Source: Paraspadella gotoi
Lineage: Eukaryota > Animalia > Chaetognatha
Reading direction: 5' to 3'
Length of the DNA stretch: 64,000 bases
Assembly (NCBI GenBank): GCA_051294375.1
Contig: CM119263.1
Coordinates: forward strand, 8,195,992-8,259,991
How positions within the stretch are numbered: position 1 is the first letter of the stretch; each line of letters opens with the position of its first letter. This document shows, piece by piece, positions 1-13,776 of this stretch. Position numbers and translations under genes: made by a program. Under the pieces are notes generated by a model. That model searched no databases. It was not told the DNA's origin and saw nothing but the letters and a program-made list of their open reading frames with translations.

Positions 1-87
1 CCGTTCGTGGAGAATTGAATGATCTGTTCTCGCGACGGCTGCACGCGCCATGTTCTCCGTGCTCGGTTCGTAGTGACACTCTCTCTC

Positions 88-130
<43 letters not shown>

Positions 131-1399
131 CTCTCCTCTCTCTCCTCTCTCTCTCGTCTCTCTCTCTCTGCCCACTGGTTCTCACAGATCACCATTCTAT
201 TCTATTTCCTATTGAAAAGTCTTTCGGCCCCCGACCCTCACGAGTGCGTCTCTCTGCTTTCCCCCTCTCTCTCTCTTCTCTCATTCTTTCCTCTCTTCTG
301 CTCTCTCTCTTCTCTGCTCTCTCTCTCTCGTCTCTCTCTCATCTCTCTTCTCTCTCTCTCTCCCTAATCGGTACTAATTCAAACGGAAACTCCCATCTTT
401 TTTATTTTTTTCGATCCACCCTAATCATGAAGAATAATTGTCTGGGAGACCTTTGGACTGGAACTATCCAAGGATGGGACAAATGAATTTAAAGACAGAG
501 GAGCGAGAGAAAGGAAGAGAAGAGAGAGAGAGAAGAGAGAGAGAGAGAAGGAGAGCAGAGAGAGAGAGAAAGAGCGCTTCTTTCATCTCACCTTTTGATC
601 TTATCAGGTTGCGATTTTAACCTGCTCACCCTTTCCACACTTTTTTTTGTTTGTTTTTTTAAGAAAAAAATGTTTTTTTTCCTTTTCTGGTTTTTTTTTT
701 CATTCAATCTTTAATTTCAATTACTATTTTGAAGATCTTCCTGCCTCAGCAGTATCACGCATCCTCGGACAAAAAAGGCCGTACATCCACTTGCGGTATG
801 AATACATTACTGGTTCCATCATGGAACGAAAATTTTCCATACGTAATTTTTATTTCAGACCTTGAGTAACTTCGATGTTTTTGTCCTTTGGCAACCTCGC
901 TCTTCGCATAATATGTCTTCTACTTATAAATTGTGCAAATTATAAATCGATAAGTGCCGCATTGATACCGTTTTTCCTTCGATTAGCGAGAGTAAAGGAA
1001 GGGAGGAGGATGTATAATCGAGTATTATAAAAGATAAGACATGTATATAGAAAGAATAAAAATGGATTTTCAAAGTTCCTTCTCAGGCACATCATCATGG
1101 ACATTAAATCTATATAGTTAGAATATGTAGATGAAGAGTAGACATGACGTGAAGATGGTTGGAAGCAGAGAGATAGAAGCCAGAGATGCAGTTGTAAGAC
1201 GATGGACGTTCACACGCAATAGTAGGAGAGACGTATACGTTATGCAGATGAAATGAGTAGGTATGCTGAGTACCGCCACTGATGTATGACCGCACCTTCT
1301 CGCTTTGACGCGGAATAAAAAGAAATTGCGATGAGCATCCCTGGTCTGTGATGATATTTACTTTTCATACAATCCATACAGTGCAAGTGCGCATCTGCC

Positions 1400-2960
1400 T
1401 TTCTGTGCCTGATATTTTTCCGCGGATACAAAAAATTTGTATGAGCTGCAAAAACCTCCAATTCATCGCTGGAAAAGTCAACGCCATATTTCGTATCTCG
1501 AACGCTGCTTTTCCTTCTCGCCACATACATCTTTAAAAAGCATTTTCCTATATTGACTCTCGGTTCGACATATAGGTTCTGATATATCCAACTTTTCTCT
1601 ATCTCATCAAATTCGCTACGTCTCTCTTCTATTTGCCCCGTCCGCGGGAGGGGGAGATTACAGGCGCGAAGACGATCCATCAATCGGACGACCTCGATGC
1701 CTCTCACGAGGCGACACTGCTTCTCGACGTCATCAAACACAGCGTCGTCTAGGAACGTCAACACCATCTCATATCGACTAATACGGATCAGTTAGTCTCG
1801 ACCGCCACAACGACGCTCGTCCGCGTTCCAGGTGACGATCAGCCTTCATCCTCGTCTCACCATCTCCTCCTCTCTCACAATAATTTTCCCGACCTAAATC
1901 ACTCCGCGATTTTGTTCTACTTTAAACTTAAAAAATGGACGGACACACCGCGGGAAATTTTTTTTTTCTAAAAAAAGTAGTATCTCCAATCAGAAAACAT
2001 CTATTGCATAAAACAATCTTTCTGGCTTCATTGCCTCAACTTCCATGATCCGGTCGGTGTTGTGAAAGATCCTTTACTTTCCATTTCTTGGTTGTCGTTT
2101 TAATCCGGACCCCCGTCCGTGCGTCGATTCCAGTGCTAGTCGTCGTCTGTCGTCTCTCAGGAGTGACTATGACGAGCAATTTTTGAAACAGGATTGTCTT
2201 AAGCGCTTGTTATTTTCTTTTCTTTCATTATGTCTTTTGTTATGAGCAAGTAGCACGGCTTAATAGGTAGAGCGACGAGACGAGAGAGAAGGGAGAGAAC
2301 GAGATGAGAGATCAGAGAGGTAGTGTAGATTATTTGAGATGATGACGCCTAGAGAGTATTTGTATACTGACACCGAGAAGAGAGAGAGACGCCCACGGGA
2401 GAGAGAGCAAGCCGCAGCAATATCCCAGCCAGATCTGATACAGATGTCTATTTTTTTCTTCTCGTGAGCAAGTGACGAAACTTTGCGCTCATATGCACGA
2501 TATTCTTACTGGAGAGCATAAAGCGAAGATGAAACCATCCAATCCAGCGATGGCGCCCCTTTTTTCTGCGTAAGCCCGAAAGAAAATTTAGGAAAGAAGA
2601 AAAGCGCAGCGAGAGAGATGTAGAAAACAATATGATCAGGACTCTGTGTTCTGTAGATTTTTATCGAGTGGGACCGGCCTTTTTTTCTTTAGGATTTTCA
2701 ACTGGAACACAAAAAATTTAAAATAGTTTCTCTCCGTCTTGCTTCGTTGAAAGTGAGAGTCGGTGCGTAACGTCGTCGAGCTGTGAGAATGATCTCTCTG
2801 CTCTCTCGAACTTTCGCATAATATAACACAGCAAATTTAAAATCACGCCATAATTATTACTTTCCTTAAATTGACGTCTCCGGTGTCGAACCTCGTGAAC
2901 TCTTACGTTCGTCGTCTCCGCTCGCTCCTCGTCGTCTCTGTCGCTTCACTTTCTTTTTTT
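1400..2960 (-). repeat. Noisy (insertion-rich) inverted copy of about 3335-4180; probable raw long-read artefact
   Basis: Collinear anchors match the reverse complement of downstream sequence: 2545 ccagcgatggcgccccttttt (rc of ~3547-3567), 2023 tggcttcattgcctc (rc of ~3849-3863), ~1965 ttttctaaaaaaagtagt (rc of ~3893-3912), 1588 ccaacttttctct (rc of ~4021-4033), 1507 tgcttttccttctc (rc of ~4080-4093). The copy is about 1.8x longer than its template because of random insertions. Confidence 0.85.
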
Positions 2961-2965
2961 CTTCC

Positions 2966-3332
2966 TCCCTTTCCTCAACTGCGGAATCATGAGATAGCGT
3001 TTTCGGTTCGTTACGAGGAAGTTGGGGGCGAGAGAGAGGGGGGGGAAGAGAAGAGAGGGGAGGAGCCGATAACATTTGCGAAGCGACCGAAGGTCATTGC
3101 TTGACTTTTTTTCCTGTCGTTTATCTGTCTAATCNNNNNNNNNNNNNNNNNNNNNNNNNTCCCCTTTCCTCACACTGTCCGAAATGCGCAATATGATAGC
3201 GTTTTCGGTTCGTTCGAGGAAGTTGTGGGGCGAGAGAGAGGGGGGGAAGCAAGAAGAGAGGGGAGGAGCGATACATTTGCGAAGCGACCGAAGGTCAATT
3301 GCTTGAACTTTTTTTCTGTCGTTTTATCTCTC
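2966..3332 (+). repeat. Direct duplication (~170 bp) across a 25-N gap (3135-3159)
   Basis: 2966-3134 and 3160-3332 share gatagcgttttcggttcgtt ... catttgcgaagcgaccgaaggtca with only small indels. Confidence 0.9.
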
Positions 3333-3965
3333 TCTAAAAAAAAGAAAGTGAAAGCGAGAGAGCGAGAGAGCGAGAGAGCGAGTAAATTCGGCGACACGGA
3401 ACGTCGTTACGGAATTGTGAATGAAGTTCGAGGGAGAGTCTCACTCGAACCTAACCCACTCTCACTTTCACGCGGTCCCAGATTAAAAAAAAACACTTTT
3501 TTTTTCTCTCTCGCTTTTCTCTTTCCTAATTTTTCTTCGGTTACCGAAAAAGGGGCGCCATCGCTGGGATACCGTTTCTCCCAAAGAATATCTGCATTGC
3601 AAATTTATGCTCGAGAAGAAAAAAATAGAATCTTTGAGAGGGGGAATTGGGGGGGGGTAGAAAAGAGGAAAAATAAAGACTTGATACATTCGTCTCCCTT
3701 TTTGTTTGGAATGAAAGCGGAAAAAGAAAAGAAAAGAAATATCGCTAAGACAACGAATGGTCTTCATTTGAGAGACGACGACGACGACGACGACGACGAC
3801 GGAAAACGACAACAAAGAAAAAGGAAAAGGATCTTAACGATCATGAGTGGAGGCAATGAAGCCAAAATTTGTTATGATGAGATGTGATGAGAACTACTTT
3901 TTTTTTAGAAAAAAAAGAATTCCGTTTTTCTTCAATTTTTAAGTTGAAAGGAAGTGAGAGAGAGA

Positions 3966-4029
<64 letters not shown>

Positions 4030-4377
4030 TTGGACAGAACCATAGCGAAGAGAAAGAGAAAAAAAAATGGAAGAGAGTGGAGAAGGAAAAGCACTTGAGA
4101 ACGAAATGGGTGACATTTTCCACATGAATTATTTTCGTCACAATTCATTTTGAGGGGAAAATATCAGACCAGAAAAGGAGGGAAAAGGAGAGAAAAAAAG
4201 GGGAGAGAGAGAAAAGGGGAGAAGGTGAAAAAGGAGGAAAGAAATTAAAGAAGAAGAAGGATATGTGAGGTAAACGAGGTCTGGACTCTGATCGAACCAG
4301 TCACGGCGTTAATTAATTACTAAATTAACTAATTAATTCTTTTGAGACTGAACTTTTAATTTTTTTTATAAATGCCC

Positions 4378-4418
<41 letters not shown>

Positions 4419-4614
4419 AGAGAGAAGAGAGAGAGAGAGAGGAGAGAGAGACGACGCAGAGAGAGAGATTTGGTGGATTTATGGATCAATACGAACCTTC
4501 CGATGCCATGGCAACAGAAAAAAGAAACAAACAAGAGCAACCCTAGCCGAAAACAACAACAACAGCCAGCATCCAGAAGCTTTTCATTGCCAAGGGGCGC
4601 GGCGGCAGCGGCGG

Positions 4615-4892
4615 CGGCGGCGGGCGGCGCAGGGATAGCAGATTTGGCATAGAGGGACGGTTCGATGTTTCGCGACGGGAAATTTTTTTTTTTTTAAATT
4701 CGGAGAGTTGGTTTGAAGCAAAGAGGCTTACAGCTAATTGGGTTTGAGACGAGGAAAACATGGTGAAATGACGTGATGTTGCCTGTGAGCCGATTAGGAG
4801 GGAGGAAGCGGAGGAAAGCGAGATGGACGGAGAAGAGAGAGAGAGAGAAGAAAGAGAGAGAGAGAGAGAGAGAGAGACGAGAGAGAGGAGAG

Positions 4893-4936
<44 letters not shown>

Positions 4937-5310
4937 AGGGAAAGAAAAAGAATGAACAGAATATAAAGCNNNNNNNNNNNNNNNNNNNNNNNNNCGGCGG
5001 CGGGCGATAGTCAGATTTGCATAGAGCGGACTGAGGTAGGGACGGTTATGTCTGGCGATTTTTTTTTTTGCGGTGAATGAGGAAACTGAAATTTTTTTTT
5101 TTTTTAAATTCGGGAGTTGGTTTGAAGCAAAGAGGTGTACAGACTAATTGGGTTTGGACGAGAAAACATGGTGAAATGACTTTGATGTGCCTGTGAGCCG
5201 ATTAGGAGGGAGGAAAGCGAGAGGGAGAAAGAGAGAGAGAGAGCAGAGATGAGAGAGACGAGATAGAGAGAGAGAGAGAGAGAGAGAAAGACGAGAAGAG
5301 AGAGAGAGAG

Positions 5311-5377
<67 letters not shown>

Positions 5378-5420
5378 AAGGAAGAAAGAAAAGAGAATGA
5401 AAAAATAGAGATAAATATAG
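4615..5420 (+). repeat. Direct duplication (~350-420 bp) across a 25-N gap (4970-4994)
   Basis: Both sides contain gagttggtttgaagcaaagagg ... aaaacatggtgaaatgac ... gcctgtgagccgattaggagggaggaa followed by (GA)n and gaaataa. Confidence 0.9.
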
Positions 5421-7299
5421 TACTGCTAAGAGAGCAGGGAGATGGTACTTCTTTAAAGTAATATTCGAAAATCGATTCTAAGGAAAGGGTTTTTGATTTG
5501 TGCGCAATAACACAACGGTATTGTTTATTATTTGAGAACTAGTACAGCTTGTTTCGACTGTTCTAAAGATTCCGAGTCTTCATTTTCAGTCGGTTAATTC
5601 TTGAAGACGTCGTTAATTGCTGAGTCGCAAACATGTCACTGTTCGTGCCTAATGAATAAAAGTTCTGTTTTATTGGCAAAATAAAAACCGTTCCGTGGTA
5701 AATCAGTTTTTTCCCAACGAAAAGGGACATTAAATGACAATGATAACATGATCTATATGATTTTTCAACTGTTATTATAAAAAAGTCTAAGATGTTCATG
5801 TGTTGTTGCAGGTTGAGTCTATGAAATTGGTACAGACCGAATATAAAAAGTGATCTATGTTCGATTTATAAATAAGCTCACAGTTATTATTTATTCACTC
5901 CCAGAGTTATCGTGTCTGTCGCCGATCGATGAGAGTGTATAATTATTTCAAAAGCAATGTTTCAACTTGTATGAAGAGAGACCACTCCCTTGAAGTATTA
6001 TATCGGGCGGGAATACCTATATTGCCATCAATAATACAAGAAGCTGATGATTATGAAATGTGGTACAACCAATATCAAAACAAGAATTATATTATCAAGA
6101 GCAAATATATATGAAATTATAACCTCAATCATCACGAATCTCCTGCCTGAAATTTCCTGTTCACGTCCGAACTTCCCGTTCTCAACATTCGTTTCTATCA
6201 TCACAATAATCCGAATTCTGTCACCATCCACCGCGTATCCAACTATCACATTACCTCATCACTCACACATCCCATTTCGGACCCAGGGGACTGCCGTGCA
6301 CCCACGCCACCAGACATTCCTTTCCAATCGGCCCCCTCGGAATCTCTCATAACCGCCAAATTTTGTTTGACTCCGATGTTGCTCCCTTTTACTTTTTACC
6401 CCCCCCCCCAAACAGTTTTTTTTTAAATTTTGTTTCCACTGTTTTTCCTTCTTTTATTTTTTCTCGCTTTTTTTTCGGGCCGCTACAGCCGTGACTCTAT
6501 TAGACGCTTTTCTGTCTGGTATGTCTTGTACAAGTCATTATGATTCCAGGAGTAAAATTCGTTACAGAAGAGGAGGTTACTATCGGCGCTAATCCCCTTT
6601 TTCGCGAGATTGTCAATGAATAAGAGGCAAGATCAAGTAAGGAAGAGGAGCGAGAAGGAAGAGGCAGGAGGAGAAGGAAGAGGAAGAGGTGGAAATAAAA
6701 TATGTCCTAATTCTCCACTCCAACCCTGGATTGAACCGAATCTCCATTATTCAATCGCTGAGAATCGGAAATTTCTGTTTTGCCTCTGGGTTTTTGTTAT
6801 TTTTCGTTCGGCGCGTGCATTTTGCGCGAGGAACATCGGAGCACGCGTTTCGCACGCCAGTTGCATGCAGGGCTCAGGGTCGCGTTCAGTCGCAATGAGC
6901 CGAGATAATTTTTGAACGTTATGGAAGGTTCATCAACCATTCGTTCATTTCGTTGAGTTTATTATGAAATTCATAGTCACCTTTTCATGTTTTTGTTAAT
7001 ATATACAAACTTATATCATTAATACATTTATACATCCGTTCGTACTTCGTACATAGGTCGATTTTTTATTTTTATTACGATTTGAATTTTCTCCATTTTC
7101 TTTATCCACTTTTAATGACAAAAAATCTTCCTTGTAATAATTATTTAATAATTGCTTTCTCAATTCCTCACGCTTTCTATTTTACTCGCCAATTCTTAGA
7201 TTTATCGCTTTGCCATTTCTCCCCCTTATTGCTTTGCCACTAAAGCAAGGAACCCAAACAGATAACAACGACGAAGACAACAACAGAGAGAAAAAGGAG

Positions 7300-7350
<51 letters not shown>
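7300..7350 (+). repeat. (GAC)n microsatellite
   Basis: Perfect GAC run of 17 units. Similar runs occur at 9659-9712, 19927-19971 and 29585-29626. Confidence 0.97.
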
Positions 7351-7351
<1 letters not shown>

Positions 7352-7489
7352 TGGTTGACAGGTTTCGGACCAAGAGGGCGATTGATCACTTCTTATCGCT
7401 TCGCTTCAACGGATGAGCATCCCAAGTTACTTAGTCTCTCTAGTCTTTCTCTTTTTTTCTTACTTTCCTTTTTAATGTCTTTCTCTCCT

Positions 7490-7507
7490 TTTCTTTCTTT
7501 CTTTCTC

Positions 7508-7542
<35 letters not shown>

Positions 7543-7543
7543 C

Positions 7544-7578
<35 letters not shown>

Positions 7579-7580
7579 CT
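7490..7580 (+). repeat. (CTTT)n microsatellite
   Basis: Imperfect tetranucleotide run visible in the sequence. Confidence 0.93.
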
Positions 7581-8918
7581 CTTTCTCTCTTTCATTCTCT
7601 CCTTTTTCTCTCTTTTTTTCCATCTTTTTATCTCATTCTCTCGTCCACAATACAATGGCCAAACGAGTTTGAGAAGAACGCGGACGAGATGCCTTCTTTG
7701 CAATAGTGGTTGTAGTCGTCTTCGTCGTCTTTTTCGTCGTCGTCGTCTTTTTAGTCATCGTTCTTTTCGCGGTCCTTGTCCTTGTCGTCGTCGTCGTTTT
7801 AACCGAGTGTGGGAGAGTTATGGGTGAGCATTAAAACCGATCCAGAGTCTAAAATTGCGGACGTGACGAGAAAAAGAAAAGTCGAGGAGTCCCCCCAAAA
7901 AAAAACAAGGAAAGAAAGGTTGAGGAGTCGGAAAGAGAAGTAAAGAAAAGTTTAGCACTGAGCAACTGACTAGAAATTATTAAAATGGGAAAAAGTTTTA
8001 ATAAAGAGAAGTAAGAATAAAAACTTTAAAGGACAAATTTTATTTATATAGTTATTTATATATTTATTTATATATATATTTATATTTATATATTTATTTA
8101 TTTATATATTTTATTCATATACTACGTATGTAATATTACGTTAGGAGATTCGAAAAACTTCGACGGTTATAACGAGAAACTGATTGTCGAGAACCCCCAA
8201 AAAAATTAAAAAAAAAAAGCAAAAAAGCAAAAAAAACAAAAAATGAAAAAAGCAAAAAAGCAAAAAAGCAAAAAAGGCCAAAAAAATAAGTTTAATATCA
8301 AAGGAGGAGAACCCGGGAAAATGAAAAAGAACAATCTAATAAATATAACAGAACTCCTGTGACAAGAAAATTTGTGGCTGTGAAAAGAGGAAAAAAAAGG
8401 AATGGGTGACAGAGCAATGTGGTGAAAGAGGTTAGTGATAAAAAGAGGAAAGGAAAGGAAAATAGTGGGAGAAAAGATAGCAAATATAAAAGGAAGATGG
8501 TGACAGAAAAGTGAAAAAGATTTTTGAGATGAAAGCGGAAAGTAGTGAAACAAAAAGTCTTTTTTTTTTTTAAAGACAGTGAATGGACAGAGAAGAAGAA
8601 ATACCAAAAATAAGTTGTGGTAGAGAAAGGTCAGTGAAAGAAAAAGTAGGGCGAAAGGCAACTGGGAAGAATGTGGGTGAAAGAAAAACTAAGAGGGAAC
8701 ATGCCAACGATCTCTCGGCTAAAAGAAAGGTTAGGGAGTCAAGCAAAAAAAAAAAAAAAGGAAAGACAGCTGGAGGCCAGGGGAAAAGGAATAAAGATGG
8801 TGAAGGGAATTCCGTCTTGAAAGCACCGTATGAATGAGGTTTGGGCGCAGGGATGGGCTCTTTTTCATAGGAAGGCTCTGCCTTATGACCCCTGCATAAA
8901 ATGAGAAAGAGAGAGCGC

Positions 8919-8959
<41 letters not shown>

Positions 8960-9658
8960 TGGAGCTTGGCCGAAACGTAATCTATCTTTCCGAAAGGGAA
9001 TAACGATATTGAAAATGGCGACGTCGGAGTTTCTTCGGCCAGTTTCGTCTCGTCCCTGCAATCTAACGAAACCAATATTTTTACTCTGAGGGAATCAATG
9101 AGATTATTATAATAATTATATTAATAGAAGCGGAACGTTGGGAAAAGACTGTAAATTCTGAAAGTTGTTACGTACGTGCTCCCTCTTTTGATTAAGCTAT
9201 CGAAATGATACCATTTCAAAATAAAAATGTTATGAATATTATTCAAATTTTACAGTTTCAAGGATTGTGCCGGTTTTAATATCTCTCTCTCTCTCTCTCT
9301 CNNNNNNNNNNNNNNNNNNNNNNNNNNNNNNNNNNNNNNNNNNNNNNNNNNNNNNNNNNNNNNNNNNNNNNNNNNNNNNNNNNNNNNNNNNNNNNNNNNN
9401 NNNNNNNNNNNNNNNNNNNNNNNNNNNNNNNNNNNNNNNNNNNNNNNTCTCTCTCTCTCTTAAAGAACCTAGAGGACGCGGGATTCAGTCAAATTTGAAT
9501 ATTTTTCTCGTTTTGTTAGCGCTTTTTTTTTCTTCTGGAATAAACATCGTTACTGCAGCCTGAGCTTAAGCGCGAAACAGTCGATAAAAATAAATGTAAG
9601 CCGCTCCACAAGAAAAGGAATAGAAAGTCTCGAGGAAACACAGAAAAACTATGAAAAA

Positions 9659-9714
<56 letters not shown>

Positions 9715-10196
9715 TGTCAATGGCCTCACGAACGTTTTGCTCGAGTCCATAACCGCGATAATTATTGTCATGAAGTTTAGCTCAAAAGCTGAGCAAAGCA
9801 AGAAGCTTCTGAGCGAAAAAGGGGAAAAAGTTGATGTTGTCATCAGTCGTATCACCTTGACGACGACGACGACGACGATTACAACAATTAGTTACAAATT
9901 TGTACTAAGAGTAATTCTCGAAAAGTAAAGGGCACTAACGATTTTGATTTAAGATTATTCATACAACCACCAACATAAAACCACAGTTTTTTTTATTATT
10001 CGATCATAACTGCCGACCACGGGCTTATTTGTTTCGCGAAATGAACTCGCCGGCCAAGACGGGATCACATTTTTTCGTGAATTGAGAATTTCTTTGGCTG
10101 CGAGCGAATCCAAGAATTCCGCCTCAATTTCATGAGCGAATTATTTAGTATCGCACTTTTTCTCTCCCGGTCAACGACGCCTCGCGGCTTCCATCT

Positions 10197-10229
<33 letters not shown>

Positions 10230-10619
10230 NNNNNNNNNNNNNNNNNNNNNNNNNNNNNNNNNNNNNNNNNNNNNNNNNNNNNNNNNNNNNNNNNNNNNNN
10301 NNNNNNNNNNNNNNNNNNNNNNNNNNNNNNNNNNNNNNNNNNNNNNNNNNNNNNNNNNNNNNNNNNNNNNNNNNNNNNNNNNNNNNNNNNNNNNNNNNNN
10401 NNNNNNNNNNNNNNNNNNNNNNNNNNNNNNNNNNNNNNNNNNNNNNNNNNNNNNNNNNNNNNNNNNNNNNNNNNNNNNNNNNNNNNNNNNNNNNNNCTTT
10501 AACTTTTACAAGACTCGCTTGTCATTACTTCCGCAGACTCGTTTCCCTCGTCTTCTGCGCTGATGTCGTTTTGGGTCAAGGCGGCCAGGAGACGCCTGGG
10601 GTTTCGTCGCGTCACTTCG

Positions 10620-11000
10620 AGACATCGTCGTCGTCATCGTCGTCGTCGTCGTCTACCTGGTCATATTCATTGTCGCAGTCGTCCTTGTCGTCCTTGTCTC
10701 CCCGATTGTATTCGTTTTTATCCTCGTTGTTCCCTGATTGTATTTGTCATCATCCTGATCATTCTTCGTTGTCATTATCCTCATTTATCTGGTCATATTT
10801 GTCGTTTTCCTAGTCGTCATATTTGTCATGATGTCTGAAACATTTTCGACCATGTTTCTTTATGTAGTCGTTTCACTTGTCCTCTTCGTCGTCATCGTCG
10901 TCGTCATCTACCACGTCGTATTCGTCATTATTGTCGTTGCTGTCTTCTTCCCTGTTTCCTTTCAGTCGTTTTCTTTCGTCGTCATCCCCGACTGTCGTTT
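10620..11000. repeat. Decayed (GTC/ATC)n low-complexity region
   Basis: Persistent 3-bp periodicity (gtc/atc/gtt) with many substitutions; it produces only Ser-, Val- or Asp-biased pseudo-ORFs. Confidence 0.75.
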
Positions 11001-13297
11001 TCATAATTCCTCGACCTCGACTTTCCTGTTTCAGCTCGTACAGCGCCTTCTGTCTAAATCTACCGCTGCGATCTGCCCAGTTCCCCACTTTCAACCGCNN
11101 NNNNNNNNNNNNNNNNNNNNNNNNNNNNNNNNNNNNNNNNNNNNNNNNNNNNNNNNNNNNNNNNNNNNNNNNNNNNNNNNNNNNNNNNNNNNNNNNNNNN
11201 NNNNNNNNNNNNNNNNNNNNNNNNNNNNNNNNNNNNNNNNNNNNNNNNNNNNNNNNNNNNNNNNNNNNNNNNNNNNNNNNNNNNNNNNNNNNNNNNNNNN
11301 NNNNNNNNNNNNNNNNNNNNNNNNNNNNNNNNNNNNNNNNNNNNNNNNNNNNNNNNNNNNNNNNNNNNNNNNNNNNNNNNNNNNNNNNNNNNNNNNNNNN
11401 NNNNNNNNNNNNNNNNNNNNNNNNNNNNNNNNNNNNNNNNNNNNNNNNNNNNNNNNNNNNNNNNNNNNNNNNNNNNNNNNNNNNNNNNNNNNNNNNNNNN
11501 NNNNNNNNNNNNNNNNNNNNNNNNNNNNNNNNNNNNNNNNNNNNNNNNNNNNNNNNNNNNNNNNNNNNNNNNNNNNNNNNNNNNNNNNNNNNNNNNNNNN
11601 NNNNNNNNNNNNNNNNNNNNNNNNNNNNNNNNNNNNNNNNNNNNNNNNNNNNNNNNNNNNNNNNNNNNNGCGTTTTCTTTTCACTCTCACGAGTTAACTC
11701 TCAACACTCTCCCCCTCCGTACTCGCTCCATCACTCCCAACCTTCCCACCCGTACTGACTTCTGACTCCATCACTCCCAACAACCCGGTTACCCGGCTAC
11801 AAATATCCAGAGACCCATCGCTAATATTCCGTCGCCTAATTAACCGGTTCCCTCTCACCTCCGCCATAACTGAATTCGACCCTGGCGTGATATAAAGAAA
11901 CTCCGGCGCCCCCGTCCGGCCACGCCCTTATCTTCCTCGCGCCTCTCGCGTAACGACTCCGATTCGTGCCGACCGATTTTCTCTCTCAGCCCCGACGTCG
12001 CCCGTCGCTGTCTACAAACGCTGATGACTGTCTCATTTCACTTTAGTTTCACTTCTACAGAGTAATGTTAATCGTTGATTACCATTTAGCAAATTCAGTC
12101 AAATATGAGTTTCCTGCTTTTCTATAGTCGGTGCCGTCACTGAATCCCACCGTTGCCACCACAACGAAGGAAGTAAGCGTTGGTTAATTGAGGATAAATT
12201 ATAAGAGAGTTTTATTAACATTAAACACACGAGATAACTTTTATTGATGGAAATTATGCAGATTAAACAGAGAGTGAGCAAATACAATAAATAGAATTTT
12301 GATGTTGAGTTCATAAAGATAAGTTGAAGAGTGATCAAGTTCCCTCTCCTCTTTCCCTGCCGTCGGTTTCCTGAGGGAAATCTCCTCTCTGATTGGTCAA
12401 TCAGAAGAAAAGACGGAAAAGCCAAGAGAGGCAAACTATTTGGTCTATCGGATCGACTGATCTACTGGTCCATTTCCTGCGATGATACCATTTCTGTATT
12501 CACGTGTAATTTCTTCGTTGTTATTTATACCTCTCATCCTTTATTTATTGTTCCTAACCATACATAATTTATTCCTTTTTTTTTACGATCGATTTAATAA
12601 GTTCTTTACCAAATTTGTCTAGAAAGCGAGGACTCCAGTTCCGTTGATTACCCTTGTTATTGCCCCAAACTCTTGGCTTACTCGTTAGCTCTCACTTCCT
12701 CCCACTTTGTCTAATGCGATGCCCCGTCTTTAACTGCTGATTGGTGTGNNNNNNNNNNNNNNNNNNNNNNNNNNNNNNNNNNNNNNNNNNNNNNNNNNNN
12801 NNNNNNNNNNNNNNNNNNNNNNNNNNNNNNNNNNNNNNNNNNNNNNNNNNNNNNNNNNNNNNNNNNNNNNNNNNNNNNNNNNNNNNNNNNNNNNNNNNNN
12901 NNNNNNNNNNNNNNNNNNNNNNNNNNNNNNNNNNNNNNNNNNNNNNNNNNNNNNNNNNNNNNNNNNNNNNNNNNNNNNNNNNNNNNNNNNNNNNNNNNNN
13001 NNNNNNNNNNNNNNNNNNNNNNNNNNNNNNNNNNNNNNNNNNNNNNNNNNNNNNNNNNNNNNNNNNNNNNNNNNNNNNNNNNNNNNNNNNNNNNNNNNNN
13101 NNNNNNNNNNNNNNNNNNNNNNNNNNNNNNNNNNNNNNNNNNNNNNNNNNNNNNNNNNNNNNNNNNNNNNNNNNNNNNNNNNNNNNNNNNNNNNNNNNNN
13201 NNNNNNNNNNNNNNNNNNNNNNNNNNNNNNNNNNNNNNNNNNNNNNNNNNNNNNNNNNNNNNNNNNNNNNNNNNNNNNNNNNNNNNNNNNNNNNNNN

Positions 13298-13575
13298 TGA
13301 AAGCGCCATGTCTCGTCTTTAAGCACCGAAAGCGCCACGTATCCATCCAAATTGGAAGTGCCATCCCGAGTTCATTCCTTACCACATTAGATCACAAATG
13401 AGATCACGTGTATCTCTTTTAACCCGCAAACGGCATCACGTGAATTTTTTTTTTTTAAACCAGAATTGCCATCACGTGTATATCCCTATCAAACGGAATT
13501 GCCATCACGTGTATCTCTCTCTAAACCGTAAGTGCCATCAGGATTCTCTCTAAACCGGAAGTACCGTCACGCGTG
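13298..13575 (+). repeat. Degenerate ~33-bp minisatellite carrying E-box (CACGTG) and ETS-like (CCGGAAGT) motifs
   Basis: Approximate unit aaaccggaa(g/t)tgccatcacgtgtatctctctct. CACGTG occurs at 13405, 13437, 13473 and 13506 (spacing 32, 36, 33). Confidence 0.8.
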
Positions 13576-13776
13576 TTTCTTCTCGTTCCGTTCTCTCCCC
13601 CGCGTCTAATCGAAAAGACGTTGACCCCGAAGAAGTTGTTAGGATCGAGAGAAAGTTTTTTTTTTTTTTTTTTTATTATGATTAGTTTTACTGAAGACGA
13701 ATATCGTTTGCATTAAGAAATCGAACCGCGAAAGAAGGAGAAGAATGATAGGAAGAGAAAGAGGAATTCGGTGGAA

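Noticed and set aside
1240-1767. 175-aa minus-strand ORF with ordinary amino-acid composition (possible orphan or viral gene)
   Set aside because: Much of it overlaps an insertion-riddled inverted copy of non-coding 4020-4180. It has no recognisable domain, and one ORF of this length is plausible by chance in 64 kb.
6043-6075. CTGATGA-ttat-GAAA resembling a minimal hammerhead ribozyme core (also ctgatga-ac-gaaa at 20751)
   Set aside because: I could not build stems I and III or a properly placed NUH cleavage triplet, and there is no tandem Penelope/retrozyme context.
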